This document shows positions 14,571-28,654 of a DNA stretch of 64,000 bases, in pieces (the first letter of the stretch is position 1; every line of letters begins with the position of its first letter). The DNA is from Octopus sinensis (lineage: Eukaryota), in NCBI RefSeq assembly GCF_006345805.1, contig NC_043000.1, positions 84,816,001 to 84,880,000 of the forward strand. Reading direction: 5' to 3'. The notes beneath the pieces are model-generated. The model had not been told where the DNA came from. It saw nothing but the letters and a program-made list of their open reading frames with translations, and ran no database searches. The position numbers were made by a program, and so were the translations under genes.

Positions 14571-14754
14571 CCCTGCTGTACTCTTTCGCCACAACTTTCT
14601 CTCACTCTTTCTTCTGTTGGCCTGCTTGCATAGCCAGCGGGGTGGCGTCATTTGAAGGCTAAAACAATGCGAATCGCATTGTGACCAGCGATGTGTAACA
14701 ACATCTGATAGCCTGGTCGGTCACGGTGATCACGGTTATATATATATATATATA

Positions 14755-14912
14755 TACGACGGGCTTCTTTCAGTTTCCGTCTACCAAATCCACTCACAAG
14801 GCTTTGGTCGGCTCGAGGCTATAGTAGAAGACACATGCCTAAGGTGCCACGCAGTGGGACTGAACCCGGAACCATGTGGTTAGTAAACAAGCTACTTACC
14901 ACACAGCCACTC
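14755..14912 (-). mobile_element. tRNA-derived SINE family B
   Basis: Reverse complement of gagtggctgtgtggtaagtagcttg..ggttcagtcccactgcgtggcacc..gaaactgaaagaagcccgtcgtat. Confidence 0.9.
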
Positions 14913-16035
14913 TTGGGTGTGTGGTAAGTAGCTTGCTTCGATTTTGATAGGCTTGACGAAGCGAGCTTAAATTTAACTCTTGGCTAACAACGAGACCTCC
15001 TCCACTTCCTCCTCCATCACTACCACCACTTCCTCCTCCTTTTTCTTATCCTCCTCCTCCACCTTCTCCTCCCTCATTTCCTTCTCCTCCACCTCTTTTT
15101 TTCTTTCTCCTCCCCCTCCTTTTCCTTCCTCTTTTCTCCTTCTTCTCCTCCTCCTCCTTCTCCGCCTTCTTTTCTCTCTTCTGTTTAGTTAAGGTCATAT
15201 ATTTCGCGTGGCAACGTTTTACAAAGAATACCAAAGATGACGAGGAGACGCCGATAACACTTGGAAACGTTTTTTTTTTTCTTTTTTTCCAATGCTAAAT
15301 GCAAATATTTTGTTATTTTCAAAGCTCACTGGCTTACTTCGACCCTGATTATATTCAAATAGCTAACTGTCTGTTTTCAAGATAGCATGGATTTCTGTAT
15401 CAGCCGGCATTACATCCGGGATTTATGCTTGTTCGCTGTTTACACCAATTGTGCATGAAAGTAAAGTCGATTTTGAATAAATAAATGTTTCATCGAATTA
15501 GAGAACATATTTGAAGAACTCTCTATCTACACACTACACACATACACATACACTCGCACGTATGCATACAAACACATGTACAAACACACATACATACACG
15601 CGCGTTGCGCACGCGCGCACACACACATACGTATACATCTTTCCATATATATAAAGAATATTCTATTTTTATTTTGTGATTCTTGTATTTTATTTTTATA
15701 ATGTGATCCTTGTATTTTCCTTTTTGCACCCTGATGATTTTCCATCCAAGGTATTTAAAATGCAATATTATTTATATGTGTGCTGTAGTTTTAACTTTGT
15801 TTGTGAAATGAAATAATTCTAAGTGAATATGGTAATTAATTAATAAGCTAATTTATCTCCATTAGCTCTCCTGTTTTCAAACTTAATAATGATATTTAAT
15901 ATTTTACGATATTTTGTATTACATATTCATTGAAGAAATATCTCTTCAAAATACAATATATTAAACTAGTGTATATTGGATAAAAATATCCTATAAGCGG
16001 TCTAAATTTTGATTGTGATTATACATATATATATA

Positions 16036-16066
<31 letters not shown>

Positions 16067-16593
16067 CAAAATAAGCAACAGGATATCAAGTGGTAATGCA
16101 GTGCGACCGTTTCAAGCGGCTCCATTTAACTGAACAATGCAATCATTACATCAATTTAAATGCAGTGTCATCTTCAGCAGCACAAATAAATAAATGGAAT
16201 TTTAACAAGTAGGACACTATATAATTTTTCTTAAGTATTTTAACGGAGCAAAAAGATGGAAGAAATTCATGTTGTCGCTATTGTAGCTAAGAATACACTA
16301 CAAATTCTAAGAATCGCATGGAGCATTGTAGGGTGATAGGGTTGTACGAGTTATAATTCATTTCTAATTCATTTATCTCTTTATCAACTACTAAATCTAA
16401 GACTAGAAGACTATGTCACTCTGTGACACAGTCTTCTAGTCTTAGACACAGGCTTAAAATTCCTTTTAATTTCTTTGTACAGCTGAAGATAGCACTGCAT
16501 TTAAATTGATGAAATGATTACATTGTTCAATTAAATGCAGCCGCTTGAAACGGTCGTACTGCATTATTACTTGATATCCTGTTGCTTATTTTG
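16067..16593. mobile_element. MITE with ~140-bp imperfect terminal inverted repeats
   Basis: caaaataagcaacaggatatcaagt..cgaccgtttcaagcggct is matched by its reverse complement ending gatatcctgttgcttattttg. Confidence 0.85.
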
Positions 16594-16679
16594 ATTTTAT
16601 TCACCTTACGTCGAGCTGTGCGGATAATACCGGACTGACTTGGTGCTTTAACTTAAGTACCTAATTCAACGGAATCTTA

Positions 16680-16713
<34 letters not shown>

Positions 16714-16765
16714 TGCATGTGTGTGTGTGTGTGTGTGTGGTGTGTGTGTGTGTGTGTGTGTGTAT

Positions 16766-19600
16766 TAAGGTGTCTTCAATAGAAATCAACTATTTTGCTA
16801 TTTTCAATAATTAATTGCTTTTTAAATATAATCTTCGCTTACATTCAATTTCTATTTACAAATCTGCTCATACAATTTCAGTTTTTAACATTTAAAAATT
16901 TTTTTTCTTATTCAACTGTAACATTTTTAGTATCATGTATATAAATACATAAACGAAATACATTTTTAAGCCATTCAAATTTATTATACGTTACATATTA
17001 GCATATTGAAATTATTTATAAACCTGAGCACAGTAAATGGTCCCAAAACTTCGTATCGCTTGCTGGATTTCTCTGTTCCGCCATTTTTAGTTTGCAAATT
17101 TCTATCAAACGTTACAATGACGAAAAGTAAGCTTTGTCAGCAATTTCCAAATTTGCAGTAAATTGAACCAGAGATTATATATGGTTTGTTGTGAATTCCA
17201 TACTAATAGAATATATTTCAGTTACAAAATTAATTAAAGATAAAATGACAAAATATTTTTAATATAACCCAAGCATATTTTAACCTTTTGCCTGTCTTCT
17301 GTGTCACGTGTGATACGTAGATATATTGTTCCGGTACCCATGCATCATATATTATATACATTGCCATTTTTTCCAAAGACCAAAGTAAGTTGTAACTTAT
17401 GAAAACAAGCCTGTAAATGAAAATGCTTTGGACATACAAAAGATTAAATAATACCAAGCTACCTTTAAAAAACGCAAAAAAATTTTGATTCTTAATTTAC
17501 AAAAATGTAGAGAAATTGTAAAACCAAAATATTTCCTCCGAGTAAGAAGCGTATATTCGAAGCAGTTTCTTTCCCGATTTAACTCCGCTCTGTCTTTAAC
17601 GGAGCCCACTCTGTTGCAAGTATTTGGAAGAGGTCTCCGCTAAAGGATAACTTCCTCCCTACCTCCCACTCGGAGTTACTCTAACGGGCTACATGCACTG
17701 ATTCATCTGGAGTGAAATATTTTTTTAATATATTAGGAATATGTATTGAAAATTATATGAATTTATAAAAATTGAGACAAGTTTCAAAATAGTCTGAAAG
17801 ATCTTTCTGATATTGCTTCAAGACATCTAATTTGTCTCACAAAAATTGCTGAGAACGAAAACTAGGTTAAAGTGAAAAGATATGAGGCACTGATAACAAA
17901 AAAAAAGAGAAAAAAAAAACACGTTTTAAAATTGATAAGAAAATGATGAAGTAAGACATAAAAAAGTGAAGGCAGACGAATACATAATTAAGTCCGGACC
18001 AATTCTCTGTCGTCATCGTTATCATTACCGTCATCATCTGATAACGATCAGATTGCCTATGTATTTCAGCCAAAGCGAAAACAATAGGAAAAGAGTGTGT
18101 CGAAAAGCAAATCAATAGGTAAGACTCCAATTAGTGAAGATGTTGCTGCTATTCTAGAATGAAGCTATGTGAGGGATGGTACACTGATTTGTGTCTCAGT
18201 CCATGTGAAATTCAGGATTTTGTCAAATATAGAAAAGAACGTACTTTTCTCCTATCAGCCAAATTCTTTTGCATTCGGATGAATGTGGGTTCAAAATTTT
18301 ATTGAAAGAGAAAAGATCAATCAATCAGGAATTGTTGTTTCTGGAAGTAAACTTCTAACAGTTCTGGAGATTCTGAAATCTACGACAAATGATACTTCTG
18401 AGATTATCGTAGAAACATAAAAAGACTGCGGTGTACGCAGTCACAATAAAACTTTACGATTCGATACAACAAACTTTAATAACGATTTCTGATGGCAATT
18501 TTTTCTTTTTATATTTTAATTCAGAGAGCCCTTGGACGTGATCTTTTTTCTTTACACTTTTTCATTATTTTTGATTCTCATATTTTTTAAACTTTTGCTT
18601 GAAAATGGATTTCTGAAACATGTTTCACGTGACTTATTTAAAACTCCAATCTTTATTGTTTTCGAAAACGTTCAAACCTGTTGTCTTTGTGTCCGCCACC
18701 AAGATCATAAAATCGCAGCAGATGTTGAGACGGCAAATCTTTTAAAACTCAGGTACGGTGATATAATAGACTATTGAAATATATTCTAACTTAGAAACAG
18801 CCATGAGATGAATACAAAGAGCTATTTGAACTTGTCATCACTTTCTTTGGTGGAGTTTGCAAAGAATTCAGAAAAAGGAATTAACAGAAGCAGAAGCAGT
18901 AAATCAAGCAAGATGGATGTCTCCTATTTTACATTCTTTAAAAATTCAGATTTCAAAAACGATATTTTTTTAGACATTTTCTCTTATTCCATCCACACCT
19001 ATGATTTCCCATAACCTAGACTCTAAAGGATTAAAACATTAAAAATTGTATTACTTCAGGGTTTTCTGTACCAAAATAAGAGCTAAAACTTCTTGAAAGC
19101 CTAAAAAAAAAAAACACCAGATATTTATTATGCAGGATTAAAGTCTTTCAAATGACATCTTTGGTATCCTTACGAAATAGTGCATTTACGCTCTTTTATT
19201 TATCAGTGTTTATGCGACAGAAAGTAAAAATGGCATAAACGTTCAAGGTTCTTTTCAATATAACAGAAATACCCTTAATATTGATCTCTACAAGAGATTC
19301 CTTTATTGGTGATCCATCCAAAAAATGCTTGCATTGTTGAACCACCAAAACAACCCTTAGTTGATTGTTGTTCTTTACAAGCATTGGAATTTTTTGATAT
19401 GTTGGAAATATCTGCTTCGGTTTTAGATTTAGATACTTCTACATGGAAAACCAATGACACGTCCTTGAAAGTAAGAGGAATACTTTTACCTCTCACTAGC
19501 CATGCTGAAAGAAGAACAATACTTTTTCAGTTATTCACAAAACCTCCAAAACTAAAACTGAGTAGTCAGAATATCTCTTCTAAGCAGTTGGAGTGAATAG
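16766..19600 (+). pseudogene. decayed hATm-like DNA transposon with transposase remnants
   Basis: Start taaggtgtc resembles the TAGGGTG ends of hATm. Motifs: FDTT (18460), CVRHQ (CRHH-like, ~18690), DEYKELFELVITFFGG (18807-18854), and LEFFDMLEI..STW..HAERRTILFQLF (19380-19536), equivalent to V.ND.AERGV. No right TIR found. Confidence 0.7.
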
Positions 19601-19776
19601 TATGGTCTTCAACGTTGCTTGAAATTTGTTGATGGCACCGTTTCCGCTTTTCTTATGATATTTTTCTTCACTTTCAGATTCTTGAACAATCTCTGAAATT
19701 TATTTTTTTATGCTGAAATCTCTCTTTATTCTTTTCTTAATATGTTTGTTATTGCAAAAACGTTTTGTGTTGCTGT

Positions 19777-19858
<82 letters not shown>

Positions 19859-19909
19859 TATTAATATTTTTTTATATATACATACATACGTACATACATA
19901 CAATATAAA

Positions 19910-20140
19910 GCCTAGCCAGGTTCATGGGCCTGGTTTTCCAGTTTCTGTGGCGTATGTGTTCCCCAGCTGGACGGGACGCCATTCCATCGCAGCGTTACTC
20001 ATTTCTGCCAGCTGAGTGGACTGGAGCAACGTGAAATGAAGTGTTTTGCTCAAGAACACAACGCGTCGTCTCGCCCAGGAATCGAAACCACAATCTTACG
20101 ATCATGATGCTGACACCCTAACCACAAAGCCATGCGCCTC
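19910..20140 (-). mobile_element. SINE family C copy
   Basis: gtggactggagcaacgtgaaatgaagtgttttgctcaagaacacaacgc..ctaaccacaaagcca. Confidence 0.85.
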
Positions 20141-20885
20141 CACCAAATATATATACATACATACATACATACATACATACATACATACATACATACATAC
20201 ATACTCTCGCAGATGCTCCAGAATGAATTAATTATTAGTGATGTTTCTAGAGTCTCATGGACCTTTGGGGCTTTCGACATCATTTTCCCTGACCTCGCCC
20301 TGTTAACCCAGCCGGGGTTCCTCAAGTGTCAGCTTATATCCCAGTAATTCGTGTATTTGTGTTTGTGTATGTGTCGACATTTCTTAAAACTTTTTTTCTT
20401 AAATTTTTCTCTTCCCCTCACAGAGCTACCAATTCTCTCTTTTGAATACTTATTTAAAACTTTCTGCCATACTGAAATGTTTCACACTCGCACACTTGCA
20501 CGAACATCTATCACACCTTCCACATTCCTCTAGCACTTCTATAGGCTTCGCCGACATCATTTTTTTTCTTTTTTCCCTCTCACTCGCGTCTCTGCTCTCA
20601 CTTCCTTATATCTACATTTCCTTATCATTCACTTAACGATCACACACACATACCAACACGTTACACCGCTCTCTAACCAATACCACTACACTTTCACCCT
20701 TTCAAGCAACTGCACACATACATGCACCAAAACACATGCACACACCACTTCCTCTTATTCCTGCATCCAGAAACGGATACACTCCTATTCTTGCAACTAT
20801 ACATCCATTCTCAAATCCTAGGTCTCCTTTCCTTGGTCTCCCTTGCTTGGTTTCCCTTCCTTTGTCTCCCTTCTTTCTCACTCAC

Positions 20886-20967
<82 letters not shown>

Positions 20968-21224
20968 ACACACTGACTGACTATTTCTCTTTGTCACTCC
21001 CTCTATGCTTTTCTCTTCTTATGAAGGACTAACATCCGAAACATTAAAGCACATTCTCTTTCTTTTGAAGTGTTAAACTAATACCGTATTAGTTAAACAT
21101 TGTCTTTCTTTTGTTGTCTATTTTATATTGCTCATTATATTTGTATATAAACTCACTTATATAAATGCATATTTATATACATACATATACATATGTATGT
21201 ATAGATGCATACACATAGACAGAA

Positions 21225-21289
<65 letters not shown>

Positions 21290-21364
21290 TGTATACATAT
21301 GTGTGCGTGTGTGCGCGTGTGTCTGTGTGTGCTGTGTGTATGTGTATGTGTGTGTGCATGTATG

Positions 21365-21409
<45 letters not shown>

Positions 21410-21665
21410 TATATATGCATTAGCTTAAGTAGAGACGGATAAATTTTAAGTTTACCCACGTACACTTAATGAACAATTTTAGCTCGATACGTACATATTT
21501 ATTTTTGTAGTATAAACAGCTTTTTATGCCTACAAAAGTTTACTAAATGCATGCATGTCACTTTATTTCCAATCCATGTATGGGTACGCATGGATGTGCG
21601 TGTGTGCGTTTCAGTATGTCTTTTTATGTGCGGGTGGGGTGTATGTGTGCGTCTCTCTCAGTCCG

Positions 21666-21707
<42 letters not shown>

Positions 21708-21708
21708 A

Positions 21709-21743
<35 letters not shown>

Positions 21744-22721
21744 CGCGCGCGCGCGAGCCTACATCAATCGGTCGATCAAACCTAAGATAAAACTTACCCA
21801 TCATGTTATACTTTAACCTTGCTCCTCATGTCAAATTAATTTTCCACTTGTCTACATCTTTCTCTGTTCGAAACCCTATCTCTTCAATCCTCATACAACT
21901 GTCTGTCAGGTGAGCCTTTATTTAGTGAGATACAATCCTTATATTCTGTTTCTATCCCCGCTGACATGTCTATTAAAGCTGTGATATGCTCTGGTTGAAT
22001 CCCTAACCATCAGTTTGACAGGATGTCTTGTAACTTCTTTTATCTAAACCTGTTCAGGTACGGCTACTGAGAATCAATAACAATTGCTAAAATGGCCTGC
22101 AGGCACATGAATACACATGCATTCGTGAAAACACACACACACACGCACCCACTCACACACAGACACACACACGCACACACACACACACACAGACACACAC
22201 ACACACACACACAGAGCGTACTGTCACATATACGTGTGTGTGTGTGTAAGCGTGCGTGTAAGCGTGTGTGTGATCCCATGCGTTTGTGTGTCTGCGTGAG
22301 TTTATGCGTAAAAGTATACAATCAAAGAAACATACACTCACGCACACACATTCACAAACCTCAAAGATGCTCATCCATAAAATAAATTAAATTCAGTAAG
22401 CTCAAGGAAGGTCCCATGTTAACCAGTGCTTAGCTAGAATTTCATATTATAGATGAAAGCTCGATATTCCCTTGGGTAGCATGTCCAGATAACCTGGTAC
22501 GACTTGTTCCAGGGATTAAGATGATCCGTTGTTGCTCGATGAAATTGTTCTGGCTAGGAACAGCAGCATCAGATTGGGTCTTATTTCCCAGTAATTTAAA
22601 TTATTCATGTACATGTGCACTTCATACATACATATGTGTGTGTCGCATGTGTGTCTGCATATAAATATGTATGTACATGCACATCCTCATGTTGTCCCAT
22701 ATATATATATATAATATTATA

Positions 22722-22754
<33 letters not shown>

Positions 22755-22774
22755 CAAAAATGGGGCAAGAACGC

Positions 22775-23075
22775 AAAACAGTTAGGTGATACAAAAAAGG
22801 GACAACAAAACATCCAGATACAAAGAAAACAAGGACGGGTCATTCGGAGTTTTCTTTTCTCAATCTTGTTCCAGATTATCTTTGCAATTTCGGCTGGTTA
22901 TACTCGAGAGTGCTCCAATCTGGCCAGCTCCAAGGAAAAACTAAGCTAAGAGCATTAGATTCCTTGGAAGAAAGCAGCGAATATATACAAAACAAGGCCG
23001 GAAAAAAACGGACAATGTTACACAAATACAATAAAAATAATAACAGGACATAACAACAGGTTATTAAATTAAATT
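22775..23075. mobile_element. interspersed repeat, probably a Penelope-like terminal repeat
   Basis: tttcggctggttatactcgag..ccagc stem next to a TTTCG motif, like the other Penelope-type ends in the window; family assignment is from recall. Confidence 0.45.
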
Positions 23076-23519
23076 AACAGGACGAATTAAATTAATCTGG
23101 CGTGTGTGGAAATGAAGCCTTACGGCAGGGATACATGATTTCGCAGAGAGAGAGAGGAATATCGATGTTGCACGGACAACGGCCAGACCAAGAAAGAAAG
23201 ATCAGGCTTGACCGAACGCCGGTCACGTGGGAAGAGAAGAGAGAGAGGCAGAGGGACAGAAGGATTAAGGAGGGGCGAGAAAATATGACAGGGACACAGT
23301 GAAGTGAAAAGTGGAGGGAAAGTGAGCAAGAAGAGAAGGCAAAGAAATGTGAGAGAAGGGGGGACGAAAGAACGAAGAGTGGAATGAACGAATAAGCGTG
23401 AAAGGGCTGATAGACAGAAATGAGTCGTTACAAGATTTAGAAAAATGTGTACTTACATATAAGTGTCGTACGCCGTTAAATATAAATATAAAATATATAA
23501 TATATATATATTATATATT

Positions 23520-23570
<51 letters not shown>

Positions 23571-23734
23571 ATATATATATTATATACAATATATATAAAA
23601 TACAAAATGGGACATATATATATATAGTAATAATGACAATCTTTCGATGGATTTAGGAATATTTTAATGCATCGCTATGCGCGTTTCTACAAATTACTTG
23701 TTTCTTAACATCATAGGCTGTAGCTGTTATTATA

Positions 23735-24185
23735 GAATATGAGCAAAAACTTGGACCTACTCCATAATAAAAACTGGTGGGAACGCAAATCACCTCCAGT
23801 GCTTGAAAATGATCACATCTCACTCCTTTGGAATTTCACCATTCAAACTGACGCAAAGATAGATGAAATAGGTCAGACATTATGTTAAAAAACTTCAGAC
23901 AAAAATCATGCCTCCTCATTAATATGACTGTCCCAAACGATATAAACGTATCTGTCAAGATCTACCAAAAACTGAGCAAGTATAACGATCTTGAAATAGA
24001 AATTAGCAAAATATGGAACCAGTAGACTAAAACGATACCTGTTGTCATATGTGCTCTAGGAATGATAGCAAAAGGGACTGATTGCTATCTGGCTCAGATA
24101 CCAGGAAACCCCAAAATGGTATAAATTCAAAAGATAGTGCTCAGGGGAACTGCCCATATTCTATGTAAAATATTGACTATGTAAT
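23735..24185 (+). pseudogene. R4/Dong-type non-LTR retrotransposon 3' fragment (restriction-like endonuclease)
   Basis: KNWWERKSPPVLENDHISLLWNFTIQTD..NR(S)DI..CLLINMTVP..KLSKYNDLEIEISKIW..TIPVVICALG..IQKIVLRGTAHILCKILTM*. Confidence 0.88.
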
Positions 24186-24600
24186 CTCAAATTTTTAAAC
24201 AAACTCATAATTTTCTTATGGTTTCTTAAACATTCTCTAGAACAATGTATGTATGTATGTATGTATGTATGTATGTATATGCATAATTATATGTAACTAT
24301 GTATAATTAGAAATGACCACAAAATTAATTACTGATATTAACGTAAGCTACGTAACAAGTTGTTACGTAACCACTTGAAAGGAAATTAATAGATATATTC
24401 GAAATATCCGTAATTCGTTTTGTGATAATTTCTAATCATATACGATCCATGTTAATAACAAATTAGCTTATTCTTGCTTGAATAATACGGTTGTAATACA
24501 ATACGGTTATTGGAGTGGAATATGGCTCTGGTCATTCAGTCGAAAATATGTGGTAAAGTTGACTGCATCAAAGCATCTTACCGAAAAATTGTGTGTATGC

Positions 24601-24635
<35 letters not shown>

Positions 24636-24740
24636 CGTGTGTGTGTGTGTGTGTGTGTAAGCGTGTGTGTGTGAGTGTGTGTGTGTGAGTATGTGTGTGT
24701 GTTTGTGTACACATGTATGTATATATATACATGTGTACAC

Positions 24741-24776
<36 letters not shown>

Positions 24777-24781
<5 letters not shown>

Positions 24782-24935
24782 GCTTCTGTAATTTGTCTAA
24801 GTGCTGCGTCTGTTCTATTTGTGGACAAGATTTTAACTTCTATGTTGCTGAGCGAGCCCCCGTGTACCTCTTCGGCGTGCTGGTACAGAACCGATGAGCT
24901 CTTCTCTTCCTTAAGTCCCCTCCAATGCTCATAGG
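24777..24935 (-). pseudogene. Penelope-like GIY-YIG endonuclease C-terminal fragment
   Basis: YEHWRGLKEEKSSSVLYQHAEEVHGG..EVKIL..LRQITEATYI fits the R..EH / S.L..H...H / EA..I pattern of PLE GIY-YIG domains. Confidence 0.75.
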
Positions 24936-25107
24936 AATACAATGCAATAGGAATACAAAATGGCTGATCATTAGTAAAGAAAGGCACACAAAAATGAAAG
25001 AAGGCGAAGGACCACCCAAGAGGTCACAGAAGTGTGACGAAAGAACTCTAGTCGAAATACGATTAATATAAAATAAAGCTGAAGCAAATAAACACTAAAA
25101 TTTTTTA

Positions 25108-25318
25108 ATTTCTTTACTGCCCACAAGGGGCTACACACAGAGGGGACAAACAGATTAAGTCGATTATATCGACCCCAGTGCGTAACTGGTACTTATTTAA
25201 TCAACCCCGAAAGGATGAAAGGTAAAGTCGACCTCAGCAGAATTTGAACTCAGAACGTAACGACAGACGAAATACCGCTAAGTATGTCCCCCGGTGTGCT
25301 AACGTTTCTGCCAGCTCT
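25108..25318 (-). mobile_element. SINE family A, near full length
   Basis: Tail tttctttactgcccacaagggg through head ttctgccagctc. Confidence 0.9.
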
Positions 25319-25435
25319 GAATACCAAATATATAGTGCGTGTGTTTTTTTTGGCTAAACTGGCAATATGACCGTCCCCAAATACAAAAATATCTGTTTCA
25401 ACACAAGAATTCACACCAAGAATCTTACAAAACGA

Positions 25436-25510
<75 letters not shown>

Positions 25511-25952
25511 GGGTGTGTGTGTATATATATTTCTTTATTTATATATAATTACTCACACACACATAGACAACACACACAACACACACACACACACACACAC
25601 ACACAGACCAAACACACACACACACACACACACACAACACACTAGAGTGTGCTTCTGTGTGCGTTGTCGCAATATACTTTCTCCTAGTGGACGTAGTATC
25701 TCCATCACCTGGTAATGGACAGACTTACTTCATCTATTTAACTTTTTATTTATTATTGCTATCAATCTTCGGAAGCGTCATATTCAGAATCTGGGCTCAG
25801 CAGACCGGCACCAATAAATATTCTTGGTTTAAAGTTATTTGTTCAGCTTATTATTAGCGCAATCAATAAAGTCTCGTACGGTAAAATGAATGTGTGCATA
25901 TTTTCTTATACACACCACACACACACACAACACACACACACACACACATACA

Positions 25953-26024
<72 letters not shown>

Positions 26025-26602
26025 TATATTATATATATATTATAACTATATGTATATATATATATATAATACATATATATATTATTTATAAATGATATAG
26101 CAATTTATGAAGGAAAGATGTCAGTAACCATGGACACCAGTATGTCTGTACGATCTGTGCGATTAAGTAGAAACTACATAAACGCATGTACTCCTGGTTC
26201 GATCCTACTTTAACTTTTAACATTCGCTATTACTTTAACCTTGAGTAGGCCATGTTCTTATAAGTGACATTTAGTAGATAGAAATAATTGGAAGTCTATC
26301 GTAAGTACACAAATACAGATACACACATACACACAGATACACACACACACGCACGCACACACACAAACACACACATGCATATACAAGCATATATGTATCT
26401 ACTTTTGGGTGGATTCATACCAACAAACAGACTGACAGAGCACATATATGCGCTGAATAAAAAGAAACCGAACTTATAAAATGATGTACTAGATGTTACA
26501 GCCAGCTCATACGGAGTAAGTTAGGACTGTATATGGTGTAACTTAGGAATGTATTGCTATGCATGTCCCTACGCCAGGTTTCAGGTTCATGCATGCATAA
26601 AT

Positions 26603-26651
<49 letters not shown>

Positions 26652-26659
26652 TGCGTATA

Positions 26660-27085
26660 GACAGATTAAAGCAGAAATGAATAGACAAAAGGTCTGGCAA
26701 GACTTGACAAGGATTTACCTAATGAATACCTATTTTAATTGGATTTTTAATTGGATTTCTCCACCCTTTCTACACAAAATGAACCGCAATAATATCATGA
26801 ATGAGGAATATTCTTCCACTGTTACATATGTTTAACCTATCTCTCTCCGATGGCGGTTTACTCGGCCTATGGAATCCTCTCTGGACACGATATTCCAATA
26901 GCTGGAATATTCTAGAAATAGTTGTTAGTGTTTCTGGCAGTATATTTTCTTCAAGAGTAATAATTACTTCAACAAAAATAAAGCATTAGTTTAAAGACCT
27001 GTTACAAAAATCTTATAAAACTTTTATTGTCCTTGTCAAGTCTTGCCAAACCGTTTGCCTTTTCGTTTCTGCTTTAATCTATGCC
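26660..27085. mobile_element. MITE with ~55-bp TIRs flanked by TA (Tc1/mariner-type TSD)
   Basis: gacagattaaagcagaaatga..ggcaagacttgacaagga versus tccttgtcaagtcttgcc..tttctgctttaatctatgcc; TA at 26658-59 and 27086-87. Confidence 0.8.
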
Positions 27086-27259
27086 TACAGGTTCAAGGGG
27101 AAGCCACTTCCGGCCGCTTTAGAAAGGCAATCACAAAATTACATGTTCAACTGCAGTTCAAACCGGAATTCGGAATTTTGGTGACGTAACAATTTGAGCG
27201 CTCATAGTACCACATGCCTATTAGTTTAAGTTACCCTGACAAAAACTCTTCGTATCTTC

Positions 27260-27292
<33 letters not shown>

Positions 27293-27316
27293 ATACATAC
27301 ATACATACATACATAT

Positions 27317-27570
27317 AGGTGCATGAGTGGCTGTGTGGTAAGTAGCTTGGTTACCAACCACATGGTTCCGGATTCAGTCCCACTGCATGGCACCTTCTAC
27401 TATAGCCTCGGGCCGACCAATGCCTTGTGAGTGGATTTGGTAGCCGGAAACTGAAAGAAGTATATCGTATATATATTTATATACAAAGAATAAGTCCTGG
27501 GGTTGATTTGCTCGACTAAAGGCGGTACTCCAGCACGGCCGCAGTCAAATGACTGAAACAAATAAAAGAA
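27317..27570 (+). mobile_element. SINE family B copy with 3' extension
   Basis: gagtggctgtgtggtaagtagc head and the ccagcacggccgcagtcaaatgactgaaac tail. Confidence 0.85.
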
Positions 27571-27658
27571 TAAAGAATATATATATAGATAGATATAGAG
27601 ATACTTGCATATACTTATATTCATAAATATATATATGCATATACTCATATATATTGTG

Positions 27659-27689
<31 letters not shown>

Positions 27690-28654
27690 AATATATATAT
27701 CTATATTATATATAATATATATATATAATATATATACTCCACACTCCTTACTGATAAGGTGTTCGCAAATCCGGTACCAAAGATATTTTCATGCTTCATA
27801 CCTGCTATTATTATCGAAGCAATTGGTTACGTACCAACCCGCCTGGAGCAAAAGTACCTGAACTAGGTTTCTTGGAAAGGGAATGCACTTCCTTAATTCA
27901 TACACTTAAAATAATCAAGATATCTGGAACAATATAAAGTCTAAAAGATCTTCTTAACACTTAAAGGATGATGAGCAAATGAAGATGCTGTTCTTTACAA
28001 ACTCGCTACTGAGTCAAAATTAGCACTAAATTATAAAAAGAGGAAAACATAATCCATTATTCTGATATTAAAGGCGGAGGAACTCATTTTTATTGCATGG
28101 CCTTACATCAGTAGATGCTTCTCTAAAATTCTGTGCTCAAATTAGATTCATCTACCAACCAGACTAAAGCAGTTGTATCTGCAAGAAGATATCGCTCCTA
28201 GGTATGGAATTCTGTTTGTGAAGGCTATGCAACCTCTTCAGGAATTTGAAGTTAAAGACAAAACGGTATAACTATTCTAGTTATAAGATGGTTGTAACAA
28301 GTCTGTAAAATAATGCTTTTCTTTTTTCCTTTTTTTTTTTTTGAAGTAATTATTACTCTCGAAAAAATATCCTGCCAGAGACACTGATTATAGGAAATTT
28401 GGCACTTCCCAAGAGCATATAAATTTGGTTATTTTCCAAAACTACTAAAGCAGCTAATCAAATTCTACTCTGCTTTATTCCATTTCACTTTTACTTATAA
28501 TATGGTTGAAGCAGATTCTGCAACGGTCCTTTATGAGCATAATTTTCTTGAAAGTTGCAACACATAAAAATTTATCATGGTGGCTATTGTCTAATGTCAT
28601 AAACTCAAAATGACTAACGGTTCCGCAGCCATAATTTTAGGTGACAATTACGAA

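Noticed and set aside
15314-15445. Exon-like peptides SLAYFDPDYIQIA and IAWISVSAGITSGIYACSLFTPIVHE
   Set aside because: Several frames are equally plausible, the donors are weak and I recognise no homology.
25030-25070. gtgacga..gtcgaaatacg as a third hammerhead
   Set aside because: The core and stems I-III are too degenerate to support the fold.
26801-26989. WNILEIVV resembling the S2-S3 region of voltage-gated channels
   Set aside because: Only a short match inside a MITE, with no S4 motif and no convincing splice sites; consistent with chance.
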